Shown piece after piece: positions 46,531 to 55,827 of a stretch of DNA of 64,000 bases. Source of the DNA: Patescibacteria group bacterium (GTDB taxonomy: Bacteria > Patescibacteriota > Patescibacteriia > JAXHNJ01); the NCBI GenBank assembly GCA_041649715.1, contig JBAZMP010000002.1:196964-260963 (forward strand). The letters run 5' to 3'. Below the pieces are notes generated by a model. It was not told the origin of the DNA, searched no databases, and worked only from the letters and a program-made list of their open reading frames with translations. Position 1 is the stretch's first letter. The number at the start of each line of letters is the position of its first letter. A program made the translations under genes and the position numbers.

Positions 46531-47241
46531 ATGAAGCCAATCGAACTCTCTCTCATCTTAACGCTATACAATGAAGGACCGACTTTGCCGGCCAGTCTGG
46601 GGCGTATTTATAATCTTTTAAACCAATCCGGCCTGGTTTACGAAATAATTATTATTGACGATCGGGGTCAGGATGAATCTTGCGCCTTGGCCCAGGATTT
46701 CTGCCTGAAGCAGGATAATTGCCAGCTTTATCAAAATGCCGTTAATCTTGGCCGGGGCGGCGCGGTTTCCCGGGGCATGAGAATGGCCAAGGGGCGTGTG
46801 GTCGGTTTTATCGATACTGACCTAGAACTCTCACCCGAGAGGATACCCGAAGCCGCAAGAATGATTTTGAAAGGTGAAGTTGATGTGGTGACGGGGAAAA
46901 GGAATTATACCTTTGGGCCGGCCTCACACTTGCGCTGGATTTTGACAAAAGGGTATCACGAGCTGGTTAGATTAATCTTGAACCTCCCCCTTAAAGATAC
47001 GGAAACGGGCTTTAAATTTTTTAACCGGGAAAAAATCCAGCCTGTGCTTGAAAAGGTCCAAGACAAGCGCTGGTTCTGGGATACGGAAATCATGGCCAGA
47101 AGCTTTAATGCCGGTTTAAAAATTAAAGAAATTGAAGTATTATATAAGAGAAAGATGGACAAGAAAACAAGCGTCAGGTTCTTCCGGGATTCCCTGGCCT
47201 ACTTGGGGAAATTAGTCCGCTTCAAATTCAAAAAGAAATAA
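46531..47241 (+). CDS. family 2 glycosyltransferase
   Basis: LSLILTLYNEG...IIIDDRGQDES...FIDTDLE GT2 motifs. Start at ATG 46531. Confidence 0.7.
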   Translation: MKPIELSLILTLYNEGPTLPASLGRIYNLLNQSGLVYEIIIIDDRGQDESCALAQDFCLKQDNCQLYQNAVNLGRGGAVSRGMRMAKGRVVGFIDTDLELSPERIPEAARMILKGEVDVVTGKRNYTFGPASHLRWILTKGYHELVRLILNLPLKDTETGFKFFNREKIQPVLEKVQDKRWFWDTEIMARSFNAGLKIKEIEVLYKRKMDKKTSVRFFRDSLAYLGKLVRFKFKKK

Positions 47242-47244
47242 TAT

Positions 47245-49992
47245 ATGTCCTCTAATAAAAGTTTACCTGTAAATAAGGAGGAGAAAAAAACCCGAAGCGG
47301 CCTTCGCTTTCTTTGGTTTTTTCTTTTTACCCTTTTTGGCGGCGCCTTAATTTTTGCCGCCTTTTATATGATGGCTAGGGTCTATTACGGCTATTATCCT
47401 CCGCTCGGCAATGATTTTTATCACTCTTTTAATTTATCGAATTATTTCAAAGATAATTTAACCTGGCCGCCGGGCAGCTGGCGGTATATCTGGCAGTACG
47501 GCGGACCGACGATTATCGCCTATCCCTGGCTAAATTTTTACCTGGTTCAACCGGTTATCCATTTTTTCGGAGTTTTCCAAGGGACGATGTATTATTTTTT
47601 GGCCACTCTTTTTCTTTACGGTTTTTTCGCCTATTTTCTTTTTTACCGTTTATGCAAATCATATCTGGTTTCAATTGGTCTAGCCGTAGCTCTGCTTTGG
47701 TCGGCCAGCACCTGGCGGCTGCTTATTGCCGGTTCCCTGACCTTGACCGCTAACCAGCTTTTCCTTATTTTGACTTTGCTATTAATCTTTATTTATCTCC
47801 AGAATAAGAAATTAATATATTTATTGCTCTCGGCCATGGTGGCCGGTATCTCGATCATCAGTCAGTCAGGGAGCGGCTCTCCCTTTATCGTGCCCTTGGG
47901 TTTTTTAATTATTTGGGGTACCTGGGGAGAAAAAGAGGGGTTCTGGCGGGCCAGCAAGATAAAACACAGTTTAATCTATCTTCTTGTCGCCGGATTAATG
48001 GCCAGTTACTACTTATATTTCACGTTTATTAACGTTCTCGCCTCCCGAGCCACTCGGGAAATATCCGATTGGATAACAAAAGAAGCCTTCACTTCCATCA
48101 TCACTAAAACCAATCCGATGATATTGGTTCTTTTCGTCATATTATTACCAGTTGTAATAATCGGAAAAAAACTAAAAGTCAGCTTAAGGAAAATAATGCC
48201 GGTAATATTTGCCTTTTTGTATCTTATTCTTTTTAATTTGGCCACGGTCATCGGCATTAATCCTTATAGCTCTTCTTTGCCGCCGCCGGAGAACTGGTTT
48301 ATACTGACGCTTTTAATCGCCTTAGCGGTGGCTATTTTCTGGGGAGAAGCCAAAGAAGTGATAAGGAGTCATAGCCGTCAGTGGCTTGTCGGTTTTATCA
48401 CCCTGGCAATATTTTTGCTTCTTCTGACTCCTTTCGGTTATTGGCAAAGCCTAAACATCTTACAGACTTATGATAAAAGTAACGCCGTGGCGGGTGCGCC
48501 GGCTGACGCAATTCATCAGGCCGTCGTTAAGGGGGATTTTACTGCTTTGGAAAAAGCGATACCCGACTGGGTGGATAAGAATAATATCAATGAACGTATC
48601 TTTTCCTCGGGCTTGGATTTGTGGTGGAACGCCATCTATAAAACTCCCCTGACCGGCGGTTATGACCAGGTTCTAGTCAATGATATCAACACCAATTATA
48701 TCAATTGGACCAACGAATTATTCAACGGCAGTCAGCTGAAGAGGGGTTTACCCGCGGCCATCGCTAAAAACAGCCTGCTCTTTCATATTGACTGGCTGGC
48801 TATCCGTAATATTGAATTCGTGTCTGGCTTCTCTTATTATGACGATCCGGATATCGTCGATTTGGGCCATCGACTCGGGGATTATCAGATCTTAGGGGTC
48901 AATAAAAATAATTTTTCCCCGATTATCCGGCCGACTAATACCCCGAGTTTGTTAGTGGTGGCTGATCAGGAGGGTTACGATACCATCTTGAGAATTTTGG
49001 CTCAGGAAAATCTTAATTCCCGCTATATTATTCCGATCAAAGGCCCGGAATACATTGATAAGCTGAGCGATCATGATTTAATGCCTTTTGACGCGGTACT
49101 GCTTTATGATTATCACTATAAAAAAGAGAAAAATTTTCAGAAAGTTCCCCAAGAGCCCTGGCAGAAACTGGCGGCCTATGTGAAGGCGGGGGGTAAGCTG
49201 TTTATCGAGGGAGGCTCGGACGTCAAGGAATCGGATATCAGTAATCTGCCCGACGGGACTTTGCCGGAGGTTTTTCCGGTGGCCAGAACTACTCGTGATC
49301 AACTAGGCAGTGAGTGGCAAACCGAGATTAAAGACAACAGTCTGTTTTCAGGGATTGCCGTTAAGGATTTTGGCAAACTTCTATATCAGGATTCCCCCTG
49401 GAAACTTTCTTATGCCGACCTTAATCAAGTTAAAGACGGAGCAGAAGTTATTTTGACCCAAAAAGGAGAGGCGGTTTTAGCTCAACAAAAATTGGGCCAG
49501 GGCGAAGTGATCTGGTCGGGTTTAAATCTCCCTTATCACATCCAGAGCTATAACAATTTAGCAGAGAGTCATTTATTTAACCATCTTTTAGGTAAGCTAG
49601 TCATTTTAAAAGAAGAAGAGTTATCGCCCTTTGATTGGCAGAGGCCGACGGCGGAAAATATCATGATCGGCGCGGGAAATTACAAGGGTGTGCTTTTCAA
49701 AGAGTATTTTTATCCCGGCTGGCAGGCCAAGCAAGGCCAGGATGACTTAAAAATATACTCGGCTGGTTTTGACTTCATGTATATTCCCGTCCGTAACCAA
49801 GCTCCGTTCAGTCTTCATTACAAAGGAGACGCGAAATACTGGATCATGTTTATTATTTCTTTAGTGACTATCTTTTTAATCTTGATTTATCTGGTGTTCG
49901 GTCGGGGCCTAAGCCTTGCTTGCCGAAAATTATTCCGATTAAATAAAATAAAGAAAAAAACCACCTCCTGGTGGGAAAAAGATGAAGAATGA
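47245..49992 (+). CDS. giant polytopic membrane protein, GT-C-like (paralog B1) with C-terminal TM + SWWEKDEE tail
   Basis: 915 aa. PLGNDFYH after TM1 and a WPPGSWRYIWQYGGP loop. Soluble domain with LLYDYHYKKEKNFQKV...GGKLFIEGGSD. Final TM then RKLFRLNKIKKKTTSWWEKDEE. Confidence 0.5.
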   Translation: MSSNKSLPVNKEEKKTRSGLRFLWFFLFTLFGGALIFAAFYMMARVYYGYYPPLGNDFYHSFNLSNYFKDNLTWPPGSWRYIWQYGGPTIIAYPWLNFYLVQPVIHFFGVFQGTMYYFLATLFLYGFFAYFLFYRLCKSYLVSIGLAVALLWSASTWRLLIAGSLTLTANQLFLILTLLLIFIYLQNKKLIYLLLSAMVAGISIISQSGSGSPFIVPLGFLIIWGTWGEKEGFWRASKIKHSLIYLLVAGLMASYYLYFTFINVLASRATREISDWITKEAFTSIITKTNPMILVLFVILLPVVIIGKKLKVSLRKIMPVIFAFLYLILFNLATVIGINPYSSSLPPPENWFILTLLIALAVAIFWGEAKEVIRSHSRQWLVGFITLAIFLLLLTPFGYWQSLNILQTYDKSNAVAGAPADAIHQAVVKGDFTALEKAIPDWVDKNNINERIFSSGLDLWWNAIYKTPLTGGYDQVLVNDINTNYINWTNELFNGSQLKRGLPAAIAKNSLLFHIDWLAIRNIEFVSGFSYYDDPDIVDLGHRLGDYQILGVNKNNFSPIIRPTNTPSLLVVADQEGYDTILRILAQENLNSRYIIPIKGPEYIDKLSDHDLMPFDAVLLYDYHYKKEKNFQKVPQEPWQKLAAYVKAGGKLFIEGGSDVKESDISNLPDGTLPEVFPVARTTRDQLGSEWQTEIKDNSLFSGIAVKDFGKLLYQDSPWKLSYADLNQVKDGAEVILTQKGEAVLAQQKLGQGEVIWSGLNLPYHIQSYNNLAESHLFNHLLGKLVILKEEELSPFDWQRPTAENIMIGAGNYKGVLFKEYFYPGWQAKQGQDDLKIYSAGFDFMYIPVRNQAPFSLHYKGDAKYWIMFIISLVTIFLILIYLVFGRGLSLACRKLFRLNKIKKKTTSWWEKDEE

Positions 49993-52756
49993 GATTAAAA
50001 AAGAAAAGAAGAGCTTTTGGCGGGCTAAGCCGGTTTCGATGTTTGCCCACCTGATTTTAATCGTCCTGACCGGCCTTTCTTTTTGGCCTTTCGCGAGTTT
50101 TTACTACCACCATGTGACCCCATTGGGAGGGGATTTTTACCAAACTTCCTCTTATTTCGGCTATTTCTATCGTTTTGCCACTTGGCCGCCGATGCTTTGG
50201 AAATATATCTGGTTCAATGGCCTGCCGGCCGTTTTTGACTATCCCTGGTTGCATATGTATTTAGGGGCGCCCTTGCTTAATTTTTTTACCAGCGTCACCG
50301 CCAATCGGATTTATTCCCTGGCGACACTTTTTTTGTTTTTTGTCTTCAGTTATGCCCTATTTAATAAACTCTCTAAAAATAAAATATTTGCCGTTTTCCT
50401 GGCGAGTCTCTTAATTTGGTCACGCGGTATTTATGTGAATTTGTTCGGCGCGGGCGCTGGCGCCTTTTCCGCCACCATGCTTTTTACGCCGCTCGTTTTT
50501 TATTTATTATTGAAATATTTCGACCGGGGGCAGGCTAAATGGTTGTTGATGGCGGCCGTTTTAAGCGGTCTTTCGGTCGCCGGACATCAGGGGATGAGTG
50601 GTTTATTCGTTTTTATCCCTAGTCTTATTCTTCTCTTCTTTAATAGTGATCCGAATCATAAATTTTTCTCGGGCAAGAAATTCAAGGATCTATTCCTTTA
50701 CCTCCTTTTTTTCCTGCTCTCGGGGGGCTTGGCTTTATACCCGTATATCTTGGCTTTTTTGGGTTCGCTATTTGGTTTTGAAACTATGCTGGAGACGGCC
50801 ACTCAGGCTTGGGCCAAGAAAGACGCTCTGCCCGGGCTTTTTACTTTTACCAACCCCGCTTTTTATTTTACTTCGGGTCTGCTGATTATTTTTATTCTGC
50901 TCCGGAAGAAATTTAGGGAGGCGCTAAAAAAATCCCTAGGTTTCATTATTTTAAGCCTTTATGTGATTATTTATGAAGTCCTGATGTACTACGGGAAAAA
51001 CTTCTTTGCCGAAACCTTAGGGTCGGATCGCGCCTTTTGGTTTTTCCCTCTGGCCTTAGGGGGAATACTGGCGATTTTTTTTCAAAAGATTAGGGCGGAA
51101 AAAAACGCCCAGGTAAAAGTATCTTTCGGCTTTATTTTAAAGGGTTTGGCCATTGCGGCGGTAGCTACCGGCTTTATTTTTGCGCCCAGCATTTACTGGG
51201 TCGTGAGGAATACGACTGGCTTATCCGTTATTACCACCCCGGCGGAGAACCTGATGGCACACCCCAATGAGGCTAACAAAGAGGAGGTGATGCCGGATTG
51301 GTTGGATACGGCGGATAAAAACCACCGTTTGCACACGGCCGGCGCCATGAACATCTGGTGGAATGCCCTGTACGATCTGCCATTGACCGGCGGTTATGCT
51401 GACCCCGAAGGGCCGAAAATGCGCGCTTATAAGTATTGGCGGGATACTTCCATGACCGGGGAGGCCATGGAGCATTTCAAGCAGCCGGAGCCGATTGCCA
51501 AGAATTACGCCTTTTTCTTGATTGATTGGTATGCCATCAAATATATCGAATACTCGAGCGGCAGTTATGCCGCGCCTTCCTATCTTTATACCAATCCGGA
51601 TTTTGTGGCCAAAGAGCAGCTGATGCCCCAAACCGGCTACCATTTTTACCAGGCCAAGGATCAATATTACTCACCGATTGTCAGGCCGACCAATGCCCCT
51701 ACGGTTCTAATCATTTCGACCCAGGAAAGTTATAATACCTTACTGCGCATCATCGCCATGGAAAATATTAATTCCCAATCCCTTATTCCGATTCGTTATT
51801 CCCAATATATTGATGATCTAACTAAAGTTAATTTGAATGATTTTGACGCGGTCTTGCTCTATGATTACCATTATAAAAAAGAGAAAAATTTTCAGAAAGT
51901 TCCCCAAGAGCCTTGGCAGAAACTGGCGGCTTATGTGAAGACGGGGGGCAAGCTATTTATAGAGGGAGGCTCGGATGTCAAGGAGTCGGATATTGGTAAT
52001 CTGCCCGACGGGACTTTGCCTGAGGTTTTTCCGGTGACTAAAACTCAGCGCGAAGATCTGGGCTCGGTCTGGCAATTGGCCATTAAAGAGCCCGATTTGC
52101 TGAAAAACATTAATCCGCAGAAATTTGACGCTTTAGTCTACCAGGACGGTCCCTGGAATCTTTCTTACGCGGAACCGGCGGCGATAAAATCCGGCGCGCA
52201 AATCGTTTTGACCCAAAATGATAAGGCCATTTTAGTGCAGGAAAATTTGGGTCAGGGTCAGGTGCTTTGGTCGGGGATGAATCTGCCCTACCACATTAAA
52301 AGCTATAACAACATTGAAGAAGGCAGGCTTTTCCGGGTCCTATTAAATTCCTTAGTGACCCTGGCGCCAGAAACTCCCCCGCCTTTTAGCTTGGAAAGAA
52401 ATAAATCAGAAGAGATTAAGATCACCAGCCAAAATTTCAAAGGCATTCTTTTCAAGGAAACCTATTACGGCGGCTGGCGGGCTACCCTTTCCGGCGAGAA
52501 AAAGAAGCCTTACGAGGCCGGGGTGGGCATGATGTATTTTCCCTTGGGCAGCGACAAAAATGCGACCGTCGAGGTTTACTACCGGGGTTTGTTTATTTAT
52601 TGGTTGTTGTTCGGGCTAATGATTTTCTCGATCGTCTTCGCGCTCTTCAGTTTGATTTTCGGGGAAAAATTGAACGCTGTCTTTAAAAAACTATTTCGCG
52701 TGGAAAAGATTAAAAAGAAGACCACGTCTTGGTGGGAAAAAGATGAACAGGAATAA
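49982..52756 (+). CDS. giant polytopic membrane protein, GT-C-like (paralog B2) with C-terminal TM + SWWEKDEQE tail
   Basis: 924 aa, tandem paralog of B1 (PLGGDFYQ; WPPMLWKYIWFNGLP). Tail KKLFRVEKIKKKTTSWWEKDEQE. Confidence 0.5.
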   Translation: MKNEIKKEKKSFWRAKPVSMFAHLILIVLTGLSFWPFASFYYHHVTPLGGDFYQTSSYFGYFYRFATWPPMLWKYIWFNGLPAVFDYPWLHMYLGAPLLNFFTSVTANRIYSLATLFLFFVFSYALFNKLSKNKIFAVFLASLLIWSRGIYVNLFGAGAGAFSATMLFTPLVFYLLLKYFDRGQAKWLLMAAVLSGLSVAGHQGMSGLFVFIPSLILLFFNSDPNHKFFSGKKFKDLFLYLLFFLLSGGLALYPYILAFLGSLFGFETMLETATQAWAKKDALPGLFTFTNPAFYFTSGLLIIFILLRKKFREALKKSLGFIILSLYVIIYEVLMYYGKNFFAETLGSDRAFWFFPLALGGILAIFFQKIRAEKNAQVKVSFGFILKGLAIAAVATGFIFAPSIYWVVRNTTGLSVITTPAENLMAHPNEANKEEVMPDWLDTADKNHRLHTAGAMNIWWNALYDLPLTGGYADPEGPKMRAYKYWRDTSMTGEAMEHFKQPEPIAKNYAFFLIDWYAIKYIEYSSGSYAAPSYLYTNPDFVAKEQLMPQTGYHFYQAKDQYYSPIVRPTNAPTVLIISTQESYNTLLRIIAMENINSQSLIPIRYSQYIDDLTKVNLNDFDAVLLYDYHYKKEKNFQKVPQEPWQKLAAYVKTGGKLFIEGGSDVKESDIGNLPDGTLPEVFPVTKTQREDLGSVWQLAIKEPDLLKNINPQKFDALVYQDGPWNLSYAEPAAIKSGAQIVLTQNDKAILVQENLGQGQVLWSGMNLPYHIKSYNNIEEGRLFRVLLNSLVTLAPETPPPFSLERNKSEEIKITSQNFKGILFKETYYGGWRATLSGEKKKPYEAGVGMMYFPLGSDKNATVEVYYRGLFIYWLLFGLMIFSIVFALFSLIFGEKLNAVFKKLFRVEKIKKKTTSWWEKDEQE

Positions 52757-52771
52757 ACGGGCAAGAAATTT

Positions 52772-54238
52772 ATGAAAATACTTTTTGTTATCCCGGAACT
52801 TCTATTAAGCGAACCCTTAGGTTTAATGCGGCTTTCGGCGGATTGCAAAAAATACGGTCACCAAACCAAATTGGCCGTCTTAAAGAAAGATTCGATCATC
52901 CAAAAAATCGAAGAATTCCAGCCCGTCCTGATCGGCTACAGCACCATGACACCTGATGCGCCTCTTTTTAAAGAGGCGGATGAACTCGTTCAAAAATGGC
53001 GCCGGCGGACCGGCCGGAAAGTATACAGGATCATGGGCGGTCCCCACCCGACTTTTTATCCCGAAGTTTTAAGTGAATTGAATCTTGAGGCGATTTGTCT
53101 CGGGGAGGGTGACCGGGCGATCATAGAGATAATAAAAAGAATAGAAAAGGGCGAGAATTTTTCCGGTATTCCCAATGTGATGAGTCAAGCCAGCAAATCG
53201 GTCCAATTGGAATTAATCGACAATTTAGACGCTCTGCCTTTTGCCGACCGCGATATTATTTATGAAGCAGCTCCTTACTATCGTTCCGCGGCATTGCGGT
53301 CTTTTTTAACCGCTCGGGGCTGCCCCTATAATTGCACCTATTGTTATAATCATCTTTACAATAAAATGTTTGGGGGTTGCGGGACGATTATGCGACGAAG
53401 GTCGGTGGCCAATGTAATTGAAGAAATAAAAAAGGTGATTAGGGAGTATCCCCCCGTCCGTTTTATCCGTTTCGCGGACGATACTTTCGTCCATCAGGTC
53501 GATGACTGGCTGAAGGAATTTGCCCGCCGGTATAAAAAAGAAATAAATCTTCCTTTTTATTGCATTACGCGTTCAAACACGATCACGGAAGAAGGGGCGA
53601 AAATCCTAAAAGAGGCGGGTTGCCACTCTATCGGTATGGCGGTGGAAACGGGCGATGAGGCGGTGAGAAACCGGATTTTAAAAAGAAATCTGCCTAATGA
53701 GGTCGTGATCAGATCTTTTGCGATCACCCGTAAATATCATTTTAAGACTTACGGCAACACCATGCTGGCTATTCCCGGTACGACGACCAAACAAGATTTT
53801 GACTCTTTTATTTTCATGAAGAAATTAAGGTTATCCGCCCCCACCTTTGGCATTTTTTCGCCTTATCCCAATACCGAGCTGACGGATTATGCCCTCCAAA
53901 AGGGGTTTTTAAAGGATAAATTCACTCCCACCAAATACGGCTTGAAATCGGTCTTGAACAACTATACGGAAGACGAGAAAGATTGGCAGATTAGGCTGGC
54001 GTATTTGGGCCCGTTATTTTGCGCCTTGCCCGATTTTTTCCTCCCCGTATTCAAATTCTTGCTTAAACTGAAGTTGACGAAGTTTTACATATGGATCGGT
54101 TCAATCTACACCAGCTATATCACTTACGCCAAAACATTCCCCGGCATTTTACCGCGCCAGCCGGTAAAGTTATTTAAGATCGTGAGGGACGCCGTTCGTT
54201 ATTCTCGGCCCGAGGCCGAGGAAAAAATCAGAAATTGA
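52772..54238 (+). CDS. B12-binding domain radical SAM protein
   Basis: Triad CPYNCTYC and an N-terminal B12-binding-like region. Confidence 0.8.
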   Translation: MKILFVIPELLLSEPLGLMRLSADCKKYGHQTKLAVLKKDSIIQKIEEFQPVLIGYSTMTPDAPLFKEADELVQKWRRRTGRKVYRIMGGPHPTFYPEVLSELNLEAICLGEGDRAIIEIIKRIEKGENFSGIPNVMSQASKSVQLELIDNLDALPFADRDIIYEAAPYYRSAALRSFLTARGCPYNCTYCYNHLYNKMFGGCGTIMRRRSVANVIEEIKKVIREYPPVRFIRFADDTFVHQVDDWLKEFARRYKKEINLPFYCITRSNTITEEGAKILKEAGCHSIGMAVETGDEAVRNRILKRNLPNEVVIRSFAITRKYHFKTYGNTMLAIPGTTTKQDFDSFIFMKKLRLSAPTFGIFSPYPNTELTDYALQKGFLKDKFTPTKYGLKSVLNNYTEDEKDWQIRLAYLGPLFCALPDFFLPVFKFLLKLKLTKFYIWIGSIYTSYITYAKTFPGILPRQPVKLFKIVRDAVRYSRPEAEEKIRN

Positions 54239-54255
54239 ACTAAAACCGGAAAGGG

Positions 54256-54924
54256 GTGGGGCGAGAAATAAAATTTATGGTTGATCAAGAAAAATTAGAC
54301 AAGAAGCATGCCGAGGTGCCGCCGGATTATTACGAGGTCGGCTTAGCCAAAAATTTTTGGCAGAAGATTTGGCATCGCCGCCGGCTCAAAACGCTTTTAT
54401 CCCTGGTCCCAAGGCGGAAAGTTAGGTATCTGGATATCGGCTGTCACGGGGGTTTTTTGATGAATCAAGTGGCGAATCAATTAGGCGAAGTCGAGGGGCA
54501 TGGAGTGGATATTTCTCCCGCCAGTATCGCCTATTGTAAAAAAAAGTATCCGCGGTTTAATTATCAGGTGGCTGACGCTTTAAGCCTGCCTTTTCCTAAC
54601 GACTCTTTTGATTTTATCACCTGTTTTGAGGTTATTGAACATTTGGTTGAACCGAAGAAAGCGCTTTATGAAATGAGACGGGTTTTGAAAAAAGACGGGG
54701 AGATTATGGTCCTGATGCCGACGGAAAGTCTGATTTTTCGTGTTATTTGGTTTGTCTGGACGCGGTTGGGGCGGGGCAAAGTTTGGCACGAGACACATCT
54801 CAACAAGATAAAATCCCGCGATTTGGCACCATTGCTTCAAACGATGGGTTTTGCTATAATCAAAAGACAAAAATCACACGGCGGCATGCTCTTGGCCCTT
54901 AAGGCGCGCTTAATGAATAAATAA
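54256..54924 (+). CDS. class I SAM-dependent methyltransferase
   Basis: YLDIGCHGGF motif I and ITCFEVIEHL motif. Confidence 0.7.
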   Translation: MGREIKFMVDQEKLDKKHAEVPPDYYEVGLAKNFWQKIWHRRRLKTLLSLVPRRKVRYLDIGCHGGFLMNQVANQLGEVEGHGVDISPASIAYCKKKYPRFNYQVADALSLPFPNDSFDFITCFEVIEHLVEPKKALYEMRRVLKKDGEIMVLMPTESLIFRVIWFVWTRLGRGKVWHETHLNKIKSRDLAPLLQTMGFAIIKRQKSHGGMLLALKARLMNK

Positions 54925-54931
54925 ATATTCT

Positions 54932-55639
54932 ATGAAAATAGGTTTACTCATCGGCACTTATAATGAAGCGGAAAATATCAAGAATATCGTGGCGGCCGTT
55001 TTCAGCCAAAACATCGCCGGTTTGGAAATTGTCATTATAGACGATAATTCTCCGGACGGCACGGGTCAAATCGCCGACGGACTAAAAAGCCAGGACCGGC
55101 GCGTTCATGTCATCCACCGGCCGAGCAAACTCGGTTTGGGCACCGCCTATATCGCGGGCATAAAATACGCTTTTGAAAGAGGAGCTGAATATATTATAGA
55201 AATGGACGCGGATTTTTCGCATGATCCCAAACGTTTGCCCGTCATGATTGAAAGATTGGAGAAAGACGCGGATGTGGTTATCGGTTCGCGTTTTGTCGAA
55301 TGGGGAAAAAACGACGTGGATTTTATCCGGCGAGTCGTCAGCCGGTTCGGCGGGATTTACACCCGTTTAGTTTTAGGCCCGCCCATCAATGATTTCACCG
55401 GCGGCTTTAACGCTTTCCGGCGGAAGGTTCTGGAAAGCATCGGTCTGGAAAAAATACGCGCCTCAAATTTTTCTTTTCACATTGAGACCAAATACCGGGC
55501 TTACAAAAAAAAATTCCGCGTCGTCGAAATACCTATTATTTTTCCCCGCCGAAAATCGGGGAAAACAAAATTTTATTTCCGGATGCTTTTGGAAAGCATG
55601 TGGTCGGTCTTGAAATTGAGATTCCGAAAAATAGATTGA
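54932..55639 (+). CDS. family 2 glycosyltransferase (dolichyl/polyprenyl-phosphate sugar synthase-like)
   Basis: GTYNEAENI...IIDDNSPDGT...EMDADFSHDP DPM1-like motifs. Confidence 0.8.
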   Translation: MKIGLLIGTYNEAENIKNIVAAVFSQNIAGLEIVIIDDNSPDGTGQIADGLKSQDRRVHVIHRPSKLGLGTAYIAGIKYAFERGAEYIIEMDADFSHDPKRLPVMIERLEKDADVVIGSRFVEWGKNDVDFIRRVVSRFGGIYTRLVLGPPINDFTGGFNAFRRKVLESIGLEKIRASNFSFHIETKYRAYKKKFRVVEIPIIFPRRKSGKTKFYFRMLLESMWSVLKLRFRKID

Positions 55640-55664
55640 TTTTTCGTTTTTTTTGTGCTATAAT
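55637..55664 (+). promoter_or_regulatory. sigma70-like promoter TTGATT-16-TATAAT (TGTGc extended -10) for tRNA-Val
   Basis: TTGATT at 55637-55642 and TATAAT at 55659-55664. Confidence 0.5.
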
Positions 55665-55708
55665 TTGGGTAAATTTGGCTTATATTCGCCAAAAAGCGCG
55701 TTTTTAGG

Positions 55709-55785
55709 GGGCGCGTAGCTCAGTTGGTTAGAGCGTACGGTTCACATCCGTAAGGTCATAGGTCCGACTCCTATCGCGCCCACCA
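55709..55785 (+). tRNA. tRNA-Val (anticodon CAC)
   Basis: GGGCGCG acceptor, D-arm GCTCAGTTGGTTAGAGC, anticodon loop TTCACAT, and CCA encoded. Confidence 0.85.
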
Positions 55786-55827
55786 TTGATAAAGAATCTA
55801 AAAATAGATAAAAAATTAATTAAAATT

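Noticed and set aside
32888-52756. Canonical PEP-CTERM/PGF-CTERM/LPXTG sorting signals on the giant proteins
   Set aside because: None of the tails contains PEP, PGF or LPXTG motifs. Only the novel WWxKDEE pattern is present.
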